From NCBI GenBank assembly GCA_031276725.1, contig JAISMM010000002.1:1852-65851 (forward strand): a stretch of 64,000 bases of DNA, given 5' to 3'. Below, one piece after another: positions 57,438-64,000 of this stretch. The stretch comes from Clostridiales bacterium. Lineage in GTDB: Bacteria; Bacillota; Clostridia; Christensenellales; Pumilibacteraceae. Numbering within the stretch: the stretch's first letter is position 1; every line of letters starts with the position of its first letter. Both the position numbers and the translations under genes were made by a program. A model generated the notes under the pieces. That model had not been told where the DNA came from, ran no database searches, and saw only the letters and a program-made list of their open reading frames with translations.

Positions 57438-58124
57438 ATGCGTTACCACATCCAAACAGCCCCCGTTTGGGACGCCTACAAAAGCGGCTGCGGCTGCCCT
57501 ATGTGCAGGCTGTACGGCTCGACCGTCGCGAGGCTTATCGACCAATATTTGAACGAGGCGGTTATGGAACCCGCCTACCGCGTGCGCGTGAACGAGGCGG
57601 GCTTTTGCGCCGGGCATTTAAGGCTTTTGTACGGCGGCGCGAACAAGCTTGGACTCGCGTTGCAGCTTTCGACGCGCACCGACGCGATACTGAAAAAGCT
57701 GTCGCCCGTCGCCGACGGAAAAGCCGCCAAAAAAGAGGCGCAAAAGGTCGCGCGGCTGAATTCGACCTGCGTTATTTGCGACACCGCCGACGAAATTATG
57801 ACGCGCTACGCCTACACCGCCGCCCAAATGTACGAACACGAAAACGATTTTCCGTCGGCGTTCGCCGCCTGCGACGGCTTTTGTATGCCCCACTACGCCC
57901 TTATGCTGACAAACGCGGACCGCGCGGGCAAGGCGGCAAAAACCTACGTCGCCGCCCTCTACCGCCTTCAAACCGAATCGCTAAAAAAAATCAACCGCGA
58001 CACCCGCCGCTTTTGCGAAATGTTCGACTACGCCGGCCAAAACAAGGGAATGAAGGACGCCGAAAAAATCGTCCCCGCGGCCATTAACAAGCTGAAAGGC
58101 GAGATAATTCCCGGAAACCGCTAA
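57438..58124 (+). CDS. Cysteine-rich hypothetical protein conserved in Clostridia (possibly DUF6062-like; family name uncertain)
   Basis: 228 aa with AAGGAG SD. Cys motifs are CGCPMC, FCAGH, CVIC and CDGFCMPH, suggesting metal binding. Confidence 0.75.
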   Translation: MRYHIQTAPVWDAYKSGCGCPMCRLYGSTVARLIDQYLNEAVMEPAYRVRVNEAGFCAGHLRLLYGGANKLGLALQLSTRTDAILKKLSPVADGKAAKKEAQKVARLNSTCVICDTADEIMTRYAYTAAQMYEHENDFPSAFAACDGFCMPHYALMLTNADRAGKAAKTYVAALYRLQTESLKKINRDTRRFCEMFDYAGQNKGMKDAEKIVPAAINKLKGEIIPGNR

Positions 58125-58215
58125 AAAAGCCCGTGATAGCGGCGTAAGTCGGAACGTTAAGACAACGAATTTTTTAGATAAAAATCGACTTGTTTTTTTG
58201 ACCCCTACGCCGTTT

Positions 58216-59445
58216 TTAAACACAAACGTTATATCTGCACCGGAAAGTGCGAATATAGTTCACGAGTATTTCTACGGACTCAATATTCGTTTGATAAGTC
58301 GGATGTCCGTGCAGGGCTTTCCCGTTTCCAACCCCTTCGGAAAGTTTAAGCGAATGTATGTTGATTAATCCCTGCGTATTCAATCTTTCGACCATCTCGT
58401 CAATAGGTGCATATATCTCGGTTTCACTCATCACTCCGTAACAACATAATATTTTTAACCCCTCACCGTAAACGTCTTGCAACGTTTCCAGAAAAACCCC
58501 ATACCTCATAATATATTCGTTTAACCGCCTATCGCTCTCCGTTTTCGACACGGGTCCCGCCGCATCGCCACGTATATAAGCGGCATCGTTGGCGCCTAAA
58601 TTTATAATTATTATGTCGGGCCTAAATTTTGTGTGATCCCAAAGCGCGGTACAATTAATATCCGCATAATTGAACCATGTCGGTACGGACGTATTCGGCC
58701 CGAGTCCGACGTTGATTCCCCAACCGCTCGCCGCCATAATTTGCAGATCGGCATCAAGTGCCCGCGCGGTCAAATACGCATACGTTTGTAATCCTTCCTC
58801 GGTACGGGTACTGAATTCCGTTTCAAAAGGTCTTGCGCTCATACCATAGCCGCAAGTTACAGAATCACCGAACACCTCTATTTTTAACGGCTTCCGGTTC
58901 GACGACGATACAATTTCTCCTTTGCAACTTATCGCATGCAAAGCGATGCGCGAATACGCCGTGCCGTACAAAACGCTTTCGCTCTTCTTGAAAATCTTAA
59001 TATTGTGATCGCCGTACGTCAATCCGTCGACAATCGTATAGGTTCGCTTACCCTTGACTGCCAACTCCAAACGCGTTGCGCTCGGCGCATCGTTCTCATC
59101 GTCGACGAATATCTGCAACTGCGGCTGAATTGACAGCTCTGTCGTTTTCCAGTCGGCCGTAAATTCGGCGCTTAGAGAGATTCCTCTAAAATTAATTTCA
59201 AAACCGGAAGCCGTTTGATTAAACCACACCGCGCTTCCGGAACCGGATTCATAATGACGTCCGTGCATCTTAATCAGTTTTTCATCCGCAAGCTGACGAT
59301 AGGTTTTTCGGGTAGTTATAATCGGTTCCAAGTTTTCTCCCCCGTTTTCGTTTTTATTGCCGCCGCAAGCGAAAAATGCGTTTATCAAAATGAAAATTAA
59401 TAAACTCATAATAATGCTTACGCCGAATTTTCGTCTACATTTCAT
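58216..59445 (-). CDS. Lipoprotein-like SGNH hydrolase, CE2-type carbohydrate esterase architecture
   Basis: The signal peptide ends FFACGG. An N-terminal beta-sandwich region is followed by SGNH blocks VFGDSVTCGYG, INLGANDA and HGHP. The start ATG 59445 overlaps the stop of the upstream gene. Confidence 0.8.
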   Translation of the reverse strand: MKCRRKFGVSIIMSLLIFILINAFFACGGNKNENGGENLEPIITTRKTYRQLADEKLIKMHGRHYESGSGSAVWFNQTASGFEINFRGISLSAEFTADWKTTELSIQPQLQIFVDDENDAPSATRLELAVKGKRTYTIVDGLTYGDHNIKIFKKSESVLYGTAYSRIALHAISCKGEIVSSSNRKPLKIEVFGDSVTCGYGMSARPFETEFSTRTEEGLQTYAYLTARALDADLQIMAASGWGINVGLGPNTSVPTWFNYADINCTALWDHTKFRPDIIIINLGANDAAYIRGDAAGPVSKTESDRRLNEYIMRYGVFLETLQDVYGEGLKILCCYGVMSETEIYAPIDEMVERLNTQGLINIHSLKLSEGVGNGKALHGHPTYQTNIESVEILVNYIRTFRCRYNVCV

Positions 59446-62400
59446 CAATTAAATAATTCTATCGACAAATCGTCGAAATAGCCTATGTCGTTACCTGCAT
59501 TGAGAGAAATATAGCCGCCCGACAGATCGTTATTATTAGAGAGTTCCGCAATCTTTACCGTCGTCGCGCCGTTCCCCAAATCAAAAGAAACATTTCCGTT
59601 TTGCACCGTCAGCGTCAACGTATACCAACCGTCCGCATCCGGTGAGCCGGTCGCCCGACGGTCGGTCAAAATACCGTTGCCGATAAACAATTGCGCACTT
59701 CCGCCCGGGTACATCACGATACTTAAAGCCCTCCCTTGGTGATTTCCGGTAGGGTTATTTTTATGAAACTCTACGCCGATAAAACCGCGTTCCCCATCCT
59801 TTTCACCCATTCTAAGTTTTACGGACAATTGAAAGTCCGAATACGTACCGTTAGCCAAAGCCGCGCCGGCATCCCAATTGGAATTAGCCGCGCCGCTAAT
59901 CATCAAAACACCGTTCCTGATTTCTGCGGAACCGCTGTAACGTGCAAAGTCGCCCAAGCGGCGTTTTTCGTTAAAATCGTTGAAATAATTCTGCGCCGCC
60001 GGAGTACCGATAATTTCCGGCTCCGGCGGAAGCGGTTCGCTGATATAAATTTCACCAAAGAGCGATGTTTGTTCTGCGGCCGCGCCGTCGGATAATCCGC
60101 GCCCGCGGATAGCGTTTAGGCGCACTCCGCAATTTTGAGTATAAAAGGCGGGAGCGCCGGAACGCAATCGCGCGTCTTGATACGTAAATATTTCTGTTAT
60201 GTCGGCGCACCCGTATTCCGTTTTTCCGTCCTCATATGCGGCGGCAAATAATTTGAGAATTTGATTTTGATAAACTATCACAAGATAACAACTGCCGACA
60301 TCAATACCAATCTCCTCGTTACGCGTCAACATTTCTCCGTCCGCTATCAACGTTAAATATCCACGGTCGTCAAATCTTAAAATCAGCCCGTCGTTCATAT
60401 TGTTGCCGCCCGACTTCGTCCCGATATGATAATCAAAATATCCGCGCAAGACCGCGTTTGTCCGAATTAATTGCAAATTGAAGGCCACGGCAAAATCCGA
60501 ATAACCCCGCTTTCTCAACGCCGCGTAATTTGACGCGCCCGACGGAAATTCGATATCGGTTAACTGCGGATTAAATTCATTTTCGCCAGTCAACATTTCG
60601 CCTTTAAGAATGCTCCAATTCCCGGATTCGGCGAATACGCCGTAATTGCATACGGCATAAGACGCTTTGTATCCCTGCCACGCGAAATAACCTTTTTTAT
60701 TCTGAAAACCGCCGTACCGCAATAGCAATTCGGGGCGCTCGCCTACATAAAGTAACAACGTGCTTCCGTTCACCGAAAGCGTCAGTTGATATTGTTTACC
60801 GAACTTAAAATCGGAAATGCCTCTCTCCGCCAAAACGGTACCGTCCTCATTCAGCAGCCGAATTGTGCCGGTTCTGTCAATGTGGATTTCCGTTCCGACT
60901 TCTGCCGACGCCGAAGGGCGCCCAAATATTAGTCCGACATAAGCGTCATCCGCCGGCATATCCTTTACACTCAGTGTAAATACCGCCTTAAAACTGCCCA
61001 AAGCTGCTCCCGTAAAGCTATAAAACGTTTTTTCGGGCAAAACGCCGTTTTGAAGAATCCCGCCTTTAATATAACTCCAACTGCCGCTGTCGGACACATC
61101 GTAGCCGTGAATAAAATCCGAATCCGCATACTCCCGCATATCGAAGACCATATCCTCGGCGGAGTAATGCGCCGCATATCCGTCTTTACCGTTTACCGCG
61201 TCCCCGAAACACCAATACGAAGCTGTCAGTTCGCTACCGCCGCCGACGCACAGTCCGGCGTAAATATTGGAGTAATTGAGCGACACGCGCCCGATTTCCG
61301 CAAAAGAAACGCCGCCGTCGGTTGAAATCAACGCTCTGTACGACGTCGCGACTTTTTCAATCTGAATTAAAAAATCCTCCGACGTATCGTTCGATTCCGC
61401 ATAGAGCGCTTCCGCGCCGTTCAGATGGTGCGACAGCACAATCTTGGAAATCCCTCCGATATTTTTCCGTCCCGCAAAAATAAAATCGTTTTCGGATTGA
61501 GCGACCACCATACCGCCCATATCGCCGGGCTTTTCGGCACCGAACGAAAGCATTGCCTTTTCCGTAAAGTCTACCATAGGCGCCCGCGTCAACGCAAAGG
61601 CCGGACGCAAGTCTTTCGACCTAATATTCAGAACGCCGCCGTCTGTCTTGACTTCCGATTGCCCTCGCGTAAAAAACGCGGAACTTAGCGACCCTTCAAA
61701 ATCGGCGTAGATTTGCGCTTTCAAAGGCGTTACCGCGACATCGCGGAGCTCCGATGTCCCGTATAGCGGCGCGAAGCCCAGTGTGATACTGTAAGCCATA
61801 TTTAATTTTTTTCGCAAGGCGGCCGCTTCGTAAAAACCGTCGCCGGAGTCGATCAGTACGCGGCAAACGCCGTTATCGGTTCTCGCCGCGCGCAGTCGGC
61901 TGCCTATCGGAACTTCGACGGTAGCGCCGTATTCTATGACGCCGTTTCGACGGAAAAACGAACGGACTTTCCGCCCGGTAACGGAAACCCCGAACAAATC
62001 GCCGTCGGCTTCCGCAGACCGAATCAACAACGCGTAAGCGCCGTCGTTTTCGGTCGTTTTCACGTCGATCGCATAATTATTAAAACCCGGCAAATATCCG
62101 TATGTAAAACCGTCCGATTCAAACACCGCGTTGCCCGAAACCATGTAAGACGATTCACCGACGCGGCGGATTCCGTTAGCGCCGGATACCCCTTCCGTTT
62201 TAAATATGCCGCGGTAATTCCCCGCATCGCCGTCTACCAACACCACGCCGCAAGGATAAACGTCGACGCACACCTTCCCGTCTTTCACCACATATTTTCT
62301 GCCGCTCAAATAATCGGTCAAGACGGCGCCGTCTTTCAAACTGAGTTTCCCGATATCCAAAGTGAATTCTTTCGCCGTTTCCGTATAGCGGTTAACGGCG

Positions 62401-64000
62401 GTGATTACGGTGCCGCCTTCGTTGAAACGCGCGTAGGCATAGATATCGTACGGATTTTCGGTTCCGTCCGAAAAAAGATTCATGTACGCGCCGTCTTTAA
62501 ACACCGTCCGGTATTCCGTTCGTAGCTCGGTCAACGCTTTTGTAAGATTGTATACATAATAATTCCACGTGGATTCGTCCCAGTTAAACGCGTTGAAAAA
62601 CGACAGCGCGGTATCGTCGTTAAGCACACCCGCGCCCAAAAGACCGGTTTCCTCTCCAAAATAAATACACGGCGCTCCGACATAAGTCATCAACAATAAT
62701 TGAGCGGCTCCGAACTTTGTAACGTCTCCGTTCAGTTGATCGAACAAACGAACCTGATCGTGTGTAGTTAAAAAGTTATAACTGGAATTCGCCACGCTGC
62801 GCGGCAAGCCGAGAACCGCTTCCTCCAAAGAATTTGCAAGTACCGCGGCGTTAGAAACGCCAGACACCCAATCCGCCGTCGGGTATTGAAAGCCGTAATT
62901 CCACTTCGTATCCAAAATATAGTCGGTCAAATGATTGGCGTCCGCGTGCTCGGACAAGTATAAAATATCGTCTCCGATTTCCTTGATATATTTACGAATA
63001 TCCTTTAGAATTTGCGTCGGTGTTCCCCAGTTATCGGGGTCGGATCCACGTAAAGTGTTGCCCACGTCCATTCGCCAACCGTCTACGGCATATTTCAGAA
63101 TGTAAGTCAGCATAACGGATTCTTCTTCGCTATAAATATATTTTCGGGCAATCTCTTTGGAAAAATCGAACAACGGCGATCCCCAGTGGCTGAAAACCGC
63201 GTCGCCGTTTTCGTCGCGCTGTACGACGTTGTAATAAGGATCTCCGGCTTCCAACCCGCCGCCAAGATACGGATACAGCTTTGTGGAATTATAGATGACA
63301 TTATTGATATTGCAGTATTCAAATACCGCATCCAACATAATCTTCATTTCGTCGTCGTGTAGCCCGTTTACAAATTCTAAAAACAGATCGTCGTTTCCCA
63401 AAGACGGATCGATCTGATGCAGATCGTAACTACCGTATCCGGCGTTATGAGCCGTTACCCAAATAGGATTCAAAAATAACGACGTAATGTTCAATCCGTT
63501 CAGATAATCCAACTTTTGCATAATACCGAGTAAATCGCCGCCGAACCATTCGCCCGCCCAGCTGTTGGTGTTACCCCAAGCCGTATCCCAACCGGCGCCG
63601 GTCTTATCGTTCAGCGTATTGCCGTTATAAAAAGATTCCGGCATTATAGAATACCAAAGCGCGCCTTTGCTCCAATCCGGAGTGGAAAAGTCCGGCATTA
63701 CGTAATAATCTCCCGCCGCGGCTACGGGTTTAACGTCGCTCAAACCGTCGGCGTTATAGTAGACGGTTTCGCGCCGGTTGCGAAGCTCAAAATGATATTT
63801 ATAGCAAGCCTCGTTTGCGGGAACGATACCGATCCAGTATTCAAACCGGCGGTTTTCATCCGCGCGCTCGAACGTCATCGGCGCGCGATGGTACAACCGC
63901 TCGCTTTGCGTTCCGCTTACCTCGAATGTATAGTAAACGGCGGCCTCCGTTACGGAACCGTACCTTGTTTTCAGACGCAGAGTAACGTCCTCGTCGCCCT
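59445..64000 (-). CDS. GH13-like alpha-amylase-family domain followed by ~900 aa of concanavalin/LamG-like beta-sandwich modules; N-terminus beyond the window
   Basis: The track ORF starts at TTG 63896, but hand translation shows the frame stays open to 64000 (...GDEDVTLRLKTRYGSVTEAAVYYTFEVSGTQSERLYHRAP...), typical of the N-domain of neopullulanase-type enzymes. GH13 regions GWRMDVGN and FLTTHD are present. Region I reads DAVFEY. Confidence 0.88.
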   Translation of the reverse strand, partial: GDEDVTLRLKTRYGSVTEAAVYYTFEVSGTQSERLYHRAPMTFERADENRRFEYWIGIVPANEACYKYHFELRNRRETVYYNADGLSDVKPVAAAGDYYVMPDFSTPDWSKGALWYSIMPESFYNGNTLNDKTGAGWDTAWGNTNSWAGEWFGGDLLGIMQKLDYLNGLNITSLFLNPIWVTAHNAGYGSYDLHQIDPSLGNDDLFLEFVNGLHDDEMKIMLDAVFEYCNINNVIYNSTKLYPYLGGGLEAGDPYYNVVQRDENGDAVFSHWGSPLFDFSKEIARKYIYSEEESVMLTYILKYAVDGWRMDVGNTLRGSDPDNWGTPTQILKDIRKYIKEIGDDILYLSEHADANHLTDYILDTKWNYGFQYPTADWVSGVSNAAVLANSLEEAVLGLPRSVANSSYNFLTTHDQVRLFDQLNGDVTKFGAAQLLLMTYVGAPCIYFGEETGLLGAGVLNDDTALSFFNAFNWDESTWNYYVYNLTKALTELRTEYRTVFKDGAYMNLFSDGTENPYDIYAYARFNEGGTVITAVNRYTETAKEFTLDIGKLSLKDGAVLTDYLSGRKYVVKDGKVCVDVYPCGVVLVDGDAGNYRGIFKTEGVSGANGIRRVGESSYMVSGNAVFESDGFTYGYLPGFNNYAIDVKTTENDGAYALLIRSAEADGDLFGVSVTGRKVRSFFRRNGVIEYGATVEVPIGSRLRAARTDNGVCRVLIDSGDGFYEAAALRKKLNMAYSITLGFAPLYGTSELRDVAVTPLKAQIYADFEGSLSSAFFTRGQSEVKTDGGVLNIRSKDLRPAFALTRAPMVDFTEKAMLSFGAEKPGDMGGMVVAQSENDFIFAGRKNIGGISKIVLSHHLNGAEALYAESNDTSEDFLIQIEKVATSYRALISTDGGVSFAEIGRVSLNYSNIYAGLCVGGGSELTASYWCFGDAVNGKDGYAAHYSAEDMVFDMREYADSDFIHGYDVSDSGSWSYIKGGILQNGVLPEKTFYSFTGAALGSFKAVFTLSVKDMPADDAYVGLIFGRPSASAEVGTEIHIDRTGTIRLLNEDGTVLAERGISDFKFGKQYQLTLSVNGSTLLLYVGERPELLLRYGGFQNKKGYFAWQGYKASYAVCNYGVFAESGNWSILKGEMLTGENEFNPQLTDIEFPSGASNYAALRKRGYSDFAVAFNLQLIRTNAVLRGYFDYHIGTKSGGNNMNDGLILRFDDRGYLTLIADGEMLTRNEEIGIDVGSCYLVIVYQNQILKLFAAAYEDGKTEYGCADITEIFTYQDARLRSGAPAFYTQNCGVRLNAIRGRGLSDGAAAEQTSLFGEIYISEPLPPEPEIIGTPAAQNYFNDFNEKRRLGDFARYSGSAEIRNGVLMISGAANSNWDAGAALANGTYSDFQLSVKLRMGEKDGERGFIGVEFHKNNPTGNHQGRALSIVMYPGGSAQLFIGNGILTDRRATGSPDADGWYTLTLTVQNGNVSFDLGNGATTVKIAELSNNNDLSGGYISLNAGNDIGYFDDLSIELFN

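Noticed and set aside
57102-57617. 171-aa minus-strand ORF and the 57467..58087 plus-strand ORF overlapping the Cys-rich gene and its leader
   Set aside because: Their composition is Arg/Ala-rich and they span a repeat element and a promoter. The 57438..58124 frame has an SD, conserved-looking Cys motifs and balanced composition.

Overview
64-kb chromosomal window from a moderately high-GC, Clostridia-like Firmicute. The taxon is inferred from gene content and synteny only, since no rRNA is present. I recognise 46 protein-coding loci, 45 of them on the minus strand. From low to high coordinates: (1) two translationally coupled giant type-I membrane proteins, one cut by the window edge and absent from the ORF track; (2) an AAA+/DUF4143-like ATPase; (3) mreB-maf-ppx; (4) a membrane-anchored metallophosphoesterase with a collagen-like linker; (5) a frameshifted YibE/F gene; (6) methyltransferase-hpt-tilS; (7) a stand-alone rpoB-rpoC operon; (8) a nucleoside-hydrolase-like gene, a HK/OmpR pair, pyk and metA; (9) yggS-sepF-lspA-rluD followed by a pyr operon (pyrR-B-[800-bp repeat block]-C-F-K-D-E), Bacillus-like in order; (10) a HydABC-type [FeFe]-hydrogenase preceded by a HydS-like sensory/kinase/DRTGG/PHP module; (11) a lower-GC carbohydrate block with a CE2-like esterase and a >1500-aa GH13-like multidomain protein that runs off the window. 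No tRNA, rRNA, CRISPR array, transposase or integrase gene was recognised. The most unusual property is that almost every long intergenic spacer is filled by three families of structured repeats: a REP-like two-hairpin unit whose first stem covaries between copies, a ~160-bp MITE-like element with terminal inverted repeats and target-site duplications, and a long-hairpin element. These repeats build an 800-bp nested palindrome inside the pyr operon and sit between tandem consensus promoters upstream of rpoB. All family assignments come from motif recognition by eye, with no database search.
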